This document shows, piece after piece, positions 13,278-24,260 of a DNA stretch of 64,000 bases. The position numbers and the translations under genes are program-made. The stretch lies in contig JAGIQG010000030.1 of NCBI GenBank assembly GCA_024679065.1, positions 3,224,001-3,288,000 on the forward strand, given 5' to 3'. Under the pieces are notes generated by a model that ran no database searches, was not told the DNA's origin, and saw nothing but the letters and a program-made list of their open reading frames with translations. The stretch is from Sphyrna mokarran (Eukaryota). How positions within the stretch are numbered: position 1 is the first letter of the stretch; each line of letters opens with the position of its first letter.

Positions 13278-13563
13278 AAAAGTTTGTTTATTTATTACTC
13301 ACAAATAGCTTACTGTAATGAAGTTGCCATGAAAATCCCCTGGTTGTCACACTCTGGCACTTTTTCAAGTACACGGAAGGAGAATTTGGTATGGCCAATG
13401 CACCTAACCAGCACATCTTTCAGACTGAGAGAGGAAATTGGAGCACCCGAGGGAACCCATACAGACATGAGGAGAACATGCAGATTCTGCACAATGACCC
13501 AAGCCAGGAATTGAACCCAGGTCTCTGGTGCTGTGAGGCAGCAATGCTAACCAGTATGCCACA
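13278..13563 (-). mobile_element. V-SINE tail B
   Basis: Family homology within window. Confidence 0.85.
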
Positions 13564-13732
13564 AATTCCCTCACTACACGGCTATTTGATGACTTAGAAA
13601 CGTTAGGACTTTTAGCTTGAAACCAGCTTCAGACCTCATTTGCTTTGTTGCAATACTCATTTCTCTTTGCTTGCCACACGGGGTTTACTCTGTATGGACG
13701 TGGTTTAAACACTGTTGGTTTTTTGTACACAG

Positions 13733-13899
13733 AGTAAGAAGTCTGACAACATCAGGTTTAAATCCAACCGATTTATTTGATAGTAAAATTTACTATCAAA
13801 GATAGAGTTTACTGTCAAATAAATCAGTTGTATTTAAATCTGGTGTTGTCAGACTTCTTACTGTGTTTACCCCAATCCAACGCCGGCATCTCTACATCA
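13733..13899 (+). mobile_element. Penelope-like palindromic element, short version lacking the hammerhead
   Basis: Same arm ends and tail as the other copies. ~17-bp imperfect TSD tggttttttgta(a)cacag. Confidence 0.75.
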
Positions 13900-14332
13900 T
13901 GGTTTTTTGTAACACAGCCCTGACTGATCCTTTATATCCAGTTATAATGTGCTCGTTATTAAATGTTATTAATAACATTTGTGGGCTGAAAAATTGAGGC
14001 TGACTCCTAATGTGAGTACAGTTTATTGTGGCTGGAAAGGGGATCATCTTGCATGCTAAATATGTGCAAAAGTAGAAAATGGGGTTCTCTTATAGGCCAA
14101 GATGACCTGTTTGCTGTAATCTATGGTAAATATAGTTTTCACGCTGCTCAGAATGGATGTGGTTATAGCCTAATCTGGATCTTTAGTAGGAAATTCAATG
14201 CGTCAATGTCCAATAGGGTCAGGATTCAAGTTGGGTAAATTCAAAATGTATAGAGGTTAACATACCTCTAGATTCATAACCTTACATTCAAAAGGATTAT
14301 ATTGGATTGATTTCCAGTTATGAACTTGTGTG

Positions 14333-14655
14333 GTGGCATGGTGTCACAGTAGTTAGCATTACTGCCTTGCAGTGCAAGGAACCTGGGTTCAGTTCCAGCC
14401 TTGTGTTACTGTGTGGAGGTCATCATGGGTTCCCTCCACTTGCTCCAGTTTCCTCCCACAATCCAAAATGTGTGGGTTAGGTGGATTGGTGATGTGAACT
14501 TTCCCCTTAATGTCCCAAGATGTGTGGGTTGGGAGGATTAGTGGAGTAAATGAACAAGGTTACGGGTCCCTGTGAAAGATGCTCTTTCAGGGAGTCAGTG
14601 CAGGCACGATGGGCTGAATGGCCTCCTTCTGGACTGTAGGGATTCTATGCTTCTA
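14333..14655 (+). mobile_element. V-SINE tail A
   Basis: Family homology within window. Confidence 0.85.
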
Positions 14656-15737
14656 CGATGATCTTGGTGTATTTTCCTTGTTTGACCTCTCTGAAACCTT
14701 TAATGTGTTTTTGATGGCAGAACTTTAAAAGGAGAGGATCTAATTGGTGATCCATTGGGGAAAATGTCCAATTTGTGTGAATGTGCTGTCATCACGAATA
14801 ATCAAGGACTTGGCTGAGTCTGAAGGACACTTCAATAAGTATCAATAATTAATTAATTTGGTCTTGTACAGCTTATTTGTAAAAATCTAGACTTCTCAAA
14901 CTGCATGTAATCATAGTCTCCAATCTTTTAAATGACTTTGGTGTACTTGGTACAATTTGGAACAATGCTTGCAACTCGCGGGCTCCATGAATTTGTAATT
15001 GGGGGAGGGGGGTGGGAACATGCCAAGAATGTACTGTATCATACCCCCTTTCCCCATCCCTGACACTTCCTGAAGTCCCCTGGTAAGTATTGCCCAGCAA
15101 TTGCCTGCTCAAACTTTTGTTGGGCAGTTGTCCTACATTCAAAACCATCTAAAATTGCAAACTTCAAATAGTTTCAAGTGTCTTGCAGTATTAGCTACTC
15201 AGTAAATATTAGCAGAGTGCAAGATTTAAAACCACTTCTAATCCATGGGGAAACTGTACAATTGACCCACATCATCTGCCCCCACCCTCCCTCCCACATC
15301 CAAGACTTCCCCCCAACCCAGATGCCACCCTAGCCACTTACCCATCTACCTACTCCCTTACATACATTCACAGACATACACTAAAACATTGAGATACTTG
15401 GGAACATTCGAGCACTTAACATAACTAGTGCCATAAAAGGGGGGCATGAATTCTACACAGGTTCGCTTCACTGGTCTCGGTGAATGCCTATATGATCTTT
15501 CTCCGGATGTTCGGACAGAAAAATCTTATATGTGTAAGTAGGTTGTTTTTTTTTGTCTGATGAGCACTGGATACAAGAGTTCCAACTTTCAGCTAAATCT
15601 TCCTATCAATATAATTACAGTTGCAGGATTAGTGAATGCTAGTACAAAAATGAGAAGACTCAAATGCAACTCAGATTGGAAATTCACACCCTAGAACCCT
15701 ACCAACATTTATTGGGATAGACACTCACTAAATAGAT

Positions 15738-16090
15738 GGCACGGTGGCACAGTGATTAGCACTTCCGCCTCATAGTGCCAGGGATCTGGGTTCAATTCCT
15801 TGGGTGACTGTGGAGTTTTCATATTCTCCTCCATGTCTCCCAGGGTTTCCTGCAGGTGCTCTGGTTTCCTCTCTCCATCCAAAGATGTGTGGGTTGGGTG
15901 GATTGGCCATGTTAAAATTGCCCCTTAGTGTCCCAAGTTGTGTAGGTTATATGGATTAGCCATAGTAAATGTGTGGGGTTACAAACATAGAGTGGGGAGA
16001 GGGCCTGGTTAAGATATTCTGTCAGAGAATTGGTGCAGGCTTGATGGACCGAATGGTCTCCTTTTGCACTGCAGGGATTCTATGATTCTA
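15738..16090 (+). mobile_element. V-SINE tail A
   Basis: Family homology within window. Confidence 0.85.
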
Positions 16091-16417
16091 AATTGAAATA
16101 ACAGTACGATGTGCCTAATAATTATTTCTGGTTCAGTATTTACCACTTTCCACATCTGGAAACTCAACTCCAATCTAACCCAGACAGAAAATCCCACTCA
16201 AACAAATAGTAGAATGAATGAGGTTATCTTCACATGCAGCCTGGATAAATTGGGTAAATGTCTTCTCTTTATATAGATCCCCACATTAAAATAATCTTAA
16301 TCCAATCCCTTATTGGTTCAATCAGCTCCAAAATACTACCAAATATAATTATTACCCAGGAGTGTCACAAATGTCATAAAAATGTCACAATTGTGCAGTA
16401 GGGTCTTTATTTAAATT

Positions 16418-19350
16418 ATTCATGGGATGAGAACATTGCTGGCATAGCCAGCACTTATTGTCCATCCCCAACTATCCTTGAGAAGGTGGTGACACAGTGT
16501 TCTTGAACTGCTGCAATCATTATGGTATAGGTACATCCAGAGTACATTAAGAGTGGGCATTCCATGATCCTGATCCAGTGGGATTGAAGCAATGATGACG
16601 CTCCAAGTCAGGATGATGCCTGACTTGGAGGGAACTTCCAAACAATGGGGTTCCTATCCACCTACTGCTCTTTTCTAGGTGGCTATCAACAGAACTTTGG
16701 AGAGTGACAGTGGTGCATCCTGTAGTTGGTACACACTGCTGCCACTGGTGGTGGATGGGATGAATGGTTAAAATGTTAGATGGACAGTCAATCTTTATCC
16801 TGGATGGTGCTGAGCTTCTTGTGCTGTTTGAGCAGCACTCAACCAGGCAAATGTGAAATATTCCATCACACTCCAGCCTTCTAGCTGATAGATAGGCTTT
16901 AGGGACCTGGGAGATCAATTAGATGCCAAAGAATTCCCTACCTCTGCCCTGATCTTGTAGACACAGACTTTAAATGACTGATCTGGTTAAATTTTTAGTC
17001 AGTGATTACTCCCGAGATATTGATAATGGGAGTTTTAGCAAAGGTAAAACCATTAAATATCAGTGGGAGGTGGATCGATTCCCTCTTGTTGGAGTTGGTC
17101 ATTGTCTGGTATTTGTGTGGTGCAAGTGTTCTTCTTGCCGCTTATCTGCTGAAGTATGATTTTTCCAGGTCGTGCATTGAAGCGTGGACTGTTTCTGTGT
17201 CTGAGGAGTTATGATTGGGAATGTACAAACATCCCCACTTTTGAACTTATGATGGAGGGAAGGTCATTGGTGAAGCAGGTGATTATCGTTGGGTCTATCT
17301 TGAGGAACTCCTGCAGCAAGACTTTCCATTACTTTGCTGATGATTGTGAGTTTGAATTTGCCCTGGTTTTTGTGTATAGTAGATGCCTGAACTATTTGCC
17401 ATTATGTTGTGTAGATTTGCATGTTGAACTGTAACAGAACAGCTTGGATAGGGGTGTAGCTAGTTTCAGAACAATAGCCTACAACACTGTAAATGGGATG
17501 TTACTGAGGTCCAGGGCTCTCACTGTATCCAATAGGTTCAGCCTTTTCTTGATATTGCATGGAGTCAATCGAACAGATTGAAGTCTGGCATCTCTTGTGG
17601 GGGGGCCTCCAGCACAGGCTGAGATGGACTGACACCTCTGGCTAATAACGCTTCAGTCTTTTCTTTTCACTGACAGGTTGGGCCTTGCCATTCCTCATTC
17701 CTTCACTACTCATCACGTCACTCACAATCATCAGCAAAGTGATGAAAAGTCTTGTCATCAAATAGCACATAGCAATAATCTCTTCACCAATGCTTAATTT
17801 GGAATCCACCAGGATAACTCAGCTCCAGATGTCATTATAACTCTGGTTCCAAACATGGACAAGAGAGGTGAGATGTGAGTGACTCCCTTTGACAATCGAT
17901 TTGATTTATTATTGTCACATGTATATTGGCAAATTGCGTTAGCTTAGATGGGCATTTTGGTGGCCACAGACCTGTTTGGGCTGAAGGGCCTGTCTCCATG
18001 CCATAGGTTCTATATATTGGATTACAGTGAAAAGTATTATTTTTTGCATGCTATACAGACAAAACAAACCGTTCGTAGAGTACATAGGGAAGAAGGACAG
18101 GAGAGGGTGCAGAATACAATGTTACAGTTACAGATAGGGTGTAGAGAAAGATCAGTTTAATAGGCACATTCAAAACCCTGATGGCAGCAGGGAAGAAGCT
18201 GTTCTTGAGCTGGTTGGTATGTGATTTCAGACTTTTATTTCTTTTTCCTGACAGAAGAAGGTGGAAGAGTGTGTGCCCAGAGTGCATGGGGTCCTCGATT
18301 ACGCTGGCCGCTTTTCCGAGGCTGTGGGAAGTGTAGGTGGATGGGAGGCTGATTTGCGTGATGATTGGGCTGCATTTATGACCCTTTGTAGTTTCTTGCG
18401 CTCTTGGTCAGAACAGCATTTGACCAAGTGTGGCATCAAAGAACCCTAGCAAAATTAACATCAATGGGAATCGGAGGCAGTCTGAAGAGTGGCAAATCCT
18501 TCAAGATGGGGATATTCATGGAGCCTCCTTCTCCAGTTAGTATTTTAATTGCCCACTGACATTCATGCTGGATACAGGAGGATGACAGAGCTTTGTTATG
18601 ATTCACTGATTGTGGGATTGCTGAGCTCCGTCTACAGCTTACTGTTTCAACAGATGGATCTGTGACTGCTCGGATTGGTGATGCCGGAGTCAAGTTTGTT
18701 TGTCCCTCTTGTTGGCTCCCTCACCACCTGCTACAGACCCAATCTGTCAGACATGTTCTTCAGGACTCAGCTAGCTTAGTCAGCAGTGGTGTTACTGGGT
18801 CACTTTTGGTGATAGACTTTGAAGCTTTTGATTAGAGGAAAATATGTGCTCTTGCTATCCTCAGTGTCTTTCCAAGAAGTGTTCAACATGGAGGAAATCC
18901 AATTTACTAGTTGAGGGGATGGGGCAGTACCTGGTAATCAGAAAGCTCCCTTGCTGATACTTGCCCTAATGCCTTGACATATCTTGAGGTGCAGAGTCAA
19001 TGTTGAGATAACCATGGTGACTCTCTCCCAGCTATAAACCACAGTGCCACCACCTTATTCAATCAGCTCTACTGATGATCCAGGGGTGACGATGGGGTGT
19101 CTGAGAAATTGGGCTGGTGAGTATGTCTATTGCTTGATTAATCTGTGGGACAGCTCTCTCACTTTTGCACAAGTCCCCAGATGTTAATGAGGGGAGCATT
19201 GCAGGATTAGCTGGGCAGGGTATATTTTTGTTGTGACCATTGCCTGGGTTGATGCCAAGTAATCCACCCTGTTTTATTCTTATTTGACTTATCTGTAGTG
19301 ATCTGATACAACTGTGTAGCTTGCTAATGAACCTCAGTGCTATCACTTGG
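16418..19350 (-). mobile_element. Fragmented older second-family CR1-like LINE with internal inversion and nested inserts
   Basis: 3' end at 16418 is homologous to 54190-54630. Decayed RT similarity to 10420-12090. Confidence 0.6.
17897..18415 (-). mobile_element. Rex1/Babar-like LINE 3' end
   Basis: HSGHTLFHLLLSGKRNKSLKSHTNQLKNSFFPAAIRVLN is a typical Rex1 C-terminus. (aaatc)n tail. Confidence 0.75.
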
Positions 19351-19353
19351 AAG

Positions 19354-19657
19354 TATAGAATCCCTACAATGCAGAAAGAGGCCATTGGGTCCATCAAGCC
19401 TGCACTGGCAACAATCTCACCAGGGCCCTATCTCTGTAACCGAACATATTTTCCTACTAGTCCCCCTGACCGTAAGAGGCAATTTATCAAGGCTAATCAA
19501 CCTAAAACATGTATCTGGAGTGTGGGAGGAAACCCATGCAGAAACAGGGAGAACATGCAAACTCCACACAGACAATCACCCAAGACCAAGGCTGGAATTG
19601 AACATGGCTCCCCGGCATTGCGAGGCAGCAGTGCTAATCACTATGTCACCATGTTGC
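19354..19657 (-). mobile_element. V-SINE tail A
   Basis: Family homology within window. Confidence 0.85.
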
Positions 19658-19659
19658 CT

Positions 19660-19870
19660 TTAGGTCAGACCAGAGTTCCTTCCTTAAAGGATTTTAGCGA
19701 GCCTAGTGACTTCTATAAAAATCCCACAGATTCAAGGTCAGTGGTTATCCTGACTAGCTTTCCAATCTGAATTTTATTAATTGATTGAATTTAAATTCCA
19801 CCAGCTGTCATGGTGGGATTTGAATGTTAGTTCCAACCTCTTGGGTTATGTTCCAATAATATTATCACAG
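19660..19870 (-). mobile_element. Same SINE family as 45875-46465
   Basis: Shared ccagctgtcatggtgggatttgaa. Confidence 0.5.
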
Positions 19871-19984
19871 CCAGTGTAAAATTGGAATTGAAATACATTG
19901 CTTAGGGAGAGGAGAAGGAGTTTTATTGGCATCTGACCTCAGTTGTTTAATGTATATCGAGAGAGTTACTATTTAAATAAAAGA

Positions 19985-20108
19985 AAGATACTGTGACACT
20001 GGAGATCTGAAATACAAACAGAAAGTGCTGGAAAAGCTCAACAGGTCAAGCAGCATCTGTGGAGGAAGAAACTGAGTCAAAGCTTTGAGTCCAATTTGAC
20101 TCTTTGGA
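19985..20108 (-). mobile_element. Second Penelope-like family terminal fragment
   Basis: Homologous to 20160-20258 and 27146-27258. Retains stem II GAGTC/GACTC. Confidence 0.55.
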
Positions 20109-20159
20109 GAGTTATTCTATATGTTTAATCTCCCTGGAGCTATTTATCCTCAAATTAGC

Positions 20160-20258
20160 AAAAACTGAAAATACTGGAAAATCTCAGCAGGTTTGATAGC
20201 ATCTGTGAAGAGAGAATAGAGCCAACATTTGGATCCTGGATGATCCTTCATCAAAGCT
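20160..20258 (-). mobile_element. Second Penelope-like family terminal fragment with decayed hammerhead
   Basis: Minus strand gctTTGATGAaggatcatccaggatccAAAtgttggc, followed by tctattctctc..cacagatgct..acctgctgagattttccag. Confidence 0.6.
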
Positions 20259-20287
20259 GCAAACAATTGGAAATAGGATATGATTTA

Positions 20288-20433
20288 TACTGTGTTGATG
20301 GGGGAGTTGCTGTGGTGGTGAGGGAGGTGAGTGGGTGACTAAAAGTGGGTGCTGTGTTTGGAAGGGGGTGCTATATTGGTGAGGGGGTGCTGTGATAGTG
20401 AGAGGGATGCTGCATTGGTGAGAGAATGCTGCA
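20288..20433. repeat. Degenerate ~19-20 bp minisatellite
   Basis: Units such as gctatattggtgagggggt, gctgtgatagtgagagggat and gctgcattggtgagagaat. Confidence 0.75.
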
Positions 20434-20545
20434 CCCTCTTCTTTCCTCTTTTCCTATGTACTTTATGAATGGTATACATTTGTGTAGCACAAAAAACAAT
20501 TCTTTTCACTTATCCCAATGCATGTGACAATAATAAATCAAATCA
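20432..20545 (+). mobile_element. Rex1-like 3' UTR fragment
   Basis: Homologous to 17897-18110 in reverse. Confidence 0.65.
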
Positions 20546-20706
20546 TAGAATCCCTACAGTACAGACGGAGGCCATTTGTCCCATTGAGTCTGTACCACCC
20601 ACAATCCCACATTCCTCCAACTCCACACATCTACTCTGCTAATCGCCCTGAAACTATGGTCAGTTTAGCATTGCCAATGAACCTAACCTGTATATCCTTG
20701 GACTCC
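20546..20706 (-). mobile_element. Truncated V-SINE tail A in Rex1 tail
   Basis: Flanked by aaatcaaatca duplication. Confidence 0.7.
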
Positions 20707-21091
20707 AAAATCAAATCAACTTAACAAACGCTGGAATAGTAGAGTGTGTGGAACAGCAGAAAACTGGCTTATTGTGTAGCTCAGTATTCTGTAACATTTA
20801 AAAACATAATTGTATCTTAAGCATTTTATAATCGATGCAACTAAGGTCCAATAAAATGAATATTCTAAGTCCTAGTATAGCTGGATTATAGCTCTGCCTA
20901 AAATATATTTACATTTCACAATTTACATCTACTGATTGTCATTCCAGAAATAAAATTTGTTCTAATCGCTTCCAAACTCTCCCTTCTGGAAGCTGAAAGG
21001 TGGGATTTGAAAGTTCGGAATTAGTTTAGGGTTGAATTCCAGAACAGAAAAGGGACCAATTCAGAAAGCTGGGAGATTAGAATAAGATACA

Positions 21092-21250
21092 AAGTCTCAC
21101 AACATCAGGTTAAAGTCCAACCAATTTGTTTGATATTAATCCCACAAGCTTTCGGAAATGATGTTCCTTCGTCAGGTGTGTGAAAGGCATATAAAGACAC
21201 ACACAGTTTACAGAACACTGATTTGAATGCAAGTCTTTACAGCTAACCTG
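21092..21250 (-). mobile_element. Penelope-like element, single arm
   Basis: Homologous to 11620-11785. Confidence 0.7.
21143..21178 (-). ncRNA. Minimal type I hammerhead ribozyme motif, intact core
   Basis: Minus strand reads CAC-CTGACGA-A-GGAA-catcat-TTCC-GAAA-GCT-T-GTG: stem I CAC/GTG, stem II GGAA/TTCC, palindromic AGCT in place of stem III. Confidence 0.6.
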
Positions 21251-21618
21251 GTTACTCAAAATAGACCAGCACCGTCTCTCGATTCAAGTAAAACCCACTT
21301 GAGTTTATATAGCGCCTTATCTCGTCCACTCTCACATTCCAAAGCTCTCCATTGATAGGCAGGGAAAGCGTCCTTCTGTTGTTAAATAGCTTTTGTCAAG
21401 CCTTTAACTGAATGATGTAATGATTAGGGTTGAGCCCTGCCAGGGTTTGCAGCAGTGGGTCAATGGGAACTTTCCCAGGCACCCGCAGTTCTGGGTGTGA
21501 CTCCCTACCCCCGGTAAAGTGGCTACTGCCTCCCCTCGACAAAGCTGCTGGGGGGGGGGGGGGGGGGGGCATCAGAGTGCATGTCGGACAAAACAACTGC
21601 ACAGGGAGTCCCGACAGG

Positions 21619-21862
21619 ATGTGTGAGTGTGTGTATGTGTGTATTTGAGTGAGAGTGTGAGAAAATAAGTGTGTGGAGTGTATGTGAGAGAGAGTGTAAG
21701 TGAAAGTGTTATGTGTGTGAGTGAGAGTATGTGAGAATGAGTGTGAGATGTGTGTGAATGAGTGTATGTGAGAATGAGTGTGAGGTGTGAACGAGTGTGT
21801 GTGTGTGTGACTGTGAGAAAGTGTGTGAGAGAGTGGGTGTGTACGAGAAAGAGAGAGAGAGA
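21619..21862. repeat. Compound (GT)/(GA) microsatellite
   Basis: Directly visible. Confidence 0.95.
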
Positions 21863-21926
21863 GCGCGGGGAGAGGCTGACAGTCTGATAGATGAGTATTG
21901 GACATGCTGTAAGCAGGTCCAGCCTC

Positions 21927-21972
21927 CCCTCTCTCTCTCTCTCACACTCTCTCTCTCTCTCACACTCACTCT
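21927..21972. repeat. (CT)/(CA) microsatellite
   Basis: Directly visible. Confidence 0.9.
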
Positions 21973-21984
21973 GTGTCCTGCACC

Positions 21985-22020
21985 ATGACTGCCGGAGTGC
22001 TGCTGGCTGCAGGATTTTAA
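21985..22020 (+). other. Upstream ORF MTAGVLLAAGF*
   Basis: caccATGa start, TAA at 22018-22020, 11 nt before the main ATG and out of frame with it. Confidence 0.55.
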
Positions 22021-22031
22021 ACTGAGAAGTA

Positions 22032-22098
22032 ATGGCGTTTTGGAGGTCGCCTGTACCCCGCTGCTGTTTGTTGGGTTCTCTCCTGGTGGCTCTCGGGG
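22032..22098 (+). CDS. IGDCC3: IGDCC3 (Punc) coding exon 1, signal peptide MAFWRSPVPRCCLLGSLLVALG(D)
   Basis: ATG in gtaATGG context with an in-frame TGA at 22023-22025. Hydrophobic signal-like peptide. Donor G|gtgagt at 22099 is phase 1 and joins exon 2 in frame (G+AC=Asp). Lies in a CpG-richer region. Confidence 0.8.
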
Positions 22099-24139
22099 GT
22101 GAGTACCGCTTTGTTACCGTTTACAAAGTTCCGTTTTCCGCTCCTTGTCCCTAGCACCAAAAAAACACCCACCCACCACCCCCTTCCCTTCCTCTCTCCT
22201 TTTGTCTGCGCTGCAATTTCGCCCACTGATCCCGGGGGCAAGTTGGCCGCAAAAGAAAAAGCCCAGGAGCGGGCTGGCGAGAATTGCAGAGCCCTTTCGC
22301 TGCTGAAATCTCACCTTTCAAAAAGCAAGAACCCCAAATGGTTCTCTCTGTCTCTTGATGTTTGACAGATGGAGGATGCGGAGTCGGGAACCATCTGCTC
22401 AGATGGAGATTGCAACCCTCACTCTGTGTCTCTCTCAGACCCTGGGGTAGGGCTCTGTACCCCTGGGGTTCAACCGAGTGCTCGGGGGCTCTAGGCTGGG
22501 AGTGGGGAGGGGGAGATAAAGGGACCAAGTGACCACAAGCGCCCCCACCCCCTCCCCCCGGGTCTGGAGCCTGGAGGAGACAGGAACCCTGGAGAATAGG
22601 GACCAGAATGAACCCCTGAAAGCGCATCATTTCCCAGGGAGTGAAACCTCCCAGAAACTCTGTCTTGTTTATTTGGCTGCTGGTTTGACCTGAGGCTGAT
22701 TCTTTAACACAACAAAATGAGTGTGTCAAGCAGCAGGGTTTGGAAATAGTGGGAGCTCATCGTGTTTATATTTCTGGCATTTGGAGGATGGAGCTGTAAC
22801 GTGTGAGTTTGAGGGTGTGTGTGTGTGTGTGTAAACAAGAGGGAGCTCTGAAGCTTTAATACACTGACCACTTCTAAGAGCTTACTCTTAGGGATGAGAA
22901 TACGCAGCAATAACCTTTCCCCCCCCCTCCTTTTTGGACAGCCACCATGAGGAATTACCCCCCCCCAACCCATCCATTTTTTAAAGATTGACTGCCAGAA
23001 ATGTTTCCAGGACACGTTTCAGAAATACAAATGCAGAGTAACGCCCCTTCAGCGTTACATTTTTTTCTTCCCAAGTTGCTATGGATACACACATATAGTT
23101 TCAACTCAGATCCTCAAAGGCGAAAGAAAGGGGGTCTGGCTGTGAGAGATTCCGCACATTTGGTGCACTCAGTTCCTATCCTTGGTCAACTTCACACTGC
23201 TGTCCTGTGCTGTGAACCGAGCTGTGTTGTTTACAAACGCTTCTTTGTCCCGGCTGCTCCCTGGATGTGTGGCCGGCGTTCAGAGTCAGCAGTCCCGCAG
23301 GATTTAGAGGCAGGAGTCGGGGTTTGCGTGGGGAAGGGGAGATTCCGCACGATGTGAGATTTGGAAAGGTGGGGGTGGCGGTGGAACCGGAGACTCCAGT
23401 CATGGGGAGAGGGCTTCCCTTGTGGGAAGCGAGGAGTGCACACGGTCGAATGGAAATCGATGAGGATTTAATTTTATCCCCCCTCCCATACACACCTCAC
23501 CAGAGACAGCAGCCTCCCCAGGAAGGGAGCTGAACAGGGTTTAGGAAGCACGGATGGGGGACGCCTGTTCTCTTTCAGCCTTTGCCGGACAGTCAGACGC
23601 ATGGTCGGTTTTACCCCTTTGTTACACCACATGGTGCTCTCTCTCTCTCTCTCTGCCTGCCCAGCACTGCCCTCTCTCCCCCAGCACCCAGAACTCCAGC
23701 CAACCCTCCCCTCGCCCCCAACACACACAAAAAAACTACTCCCTAACCACAGTACTGTCCCAAATTCTGTCAACTAATCCAACCCAAGTTGCCGGAGTCC
23801 TCAATTTCATATAGAATCCCCACAGTGCAGGAGGAGGTCATTTCAGCCATCGCAGGCTGCACCGACTCTCTGGACAGAATATCTTGCCTTATCCCCATGA
23901 ACCCCAGCCCATTCGCTCATGAACCCACCCCAACTAGGACTGGCAAAGAGTAGATTTATCTCAGTCCCCGAAGCAACAACTGAGCAGTTGTACGTTGTAA
24001 AAGTAACCTCCCCCCACCATGCAAAAAGCATGCCATTGACTGGAAAAGCCTCCCTGAAACCTGCTGAGGAGATGGCAGGTGCTATATAAATGTAGCTGCT
24101 TGTTAATACAATTCAGTGATCAGTAAGTGGTACAGCAGC

Positions 24140-24260
24140 AGTCCTACTTGAAAAGTTAACTCCACTGTTCCCTCCACAGAGGCTGCCTGATCCCCTGGGT
24201 TTTCCCAGCTTTGTTTTTGGTGTCATTTAGGTTCAGATTTCTGGCGTGTAGGGATTTTGA
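24140..24260 (+). mobile_element. Degenerate copy of second Penelope-like family
   Basis: ttgaaaagttaactc..ctccacagaggctgcctga..tttcccagc..ttcagatttc. Confidence 0.4.

Larger units (their letters stand above)
21400..22400 (+). promoter_or_regulatory. Putative IGDCC3 promoter / 5' UTR region
   Basis: GC- and CpG-richer, largely TE-free stretch around exon 1. TSS not determinable. Confidence 0.55.

Noticed and set aside
21396-21905. 169-aa His/Thr/Ser-rich ORF and similar ORFs at 36318, 37729 and 47319
   Set aside because: Translations of (GT)/(GA) microsatellites.
22151-22729. 192-aa minus-strand ORF near the promoter
   Set aside because: GC-rich, stop-poor sequence with no recognisable domain.
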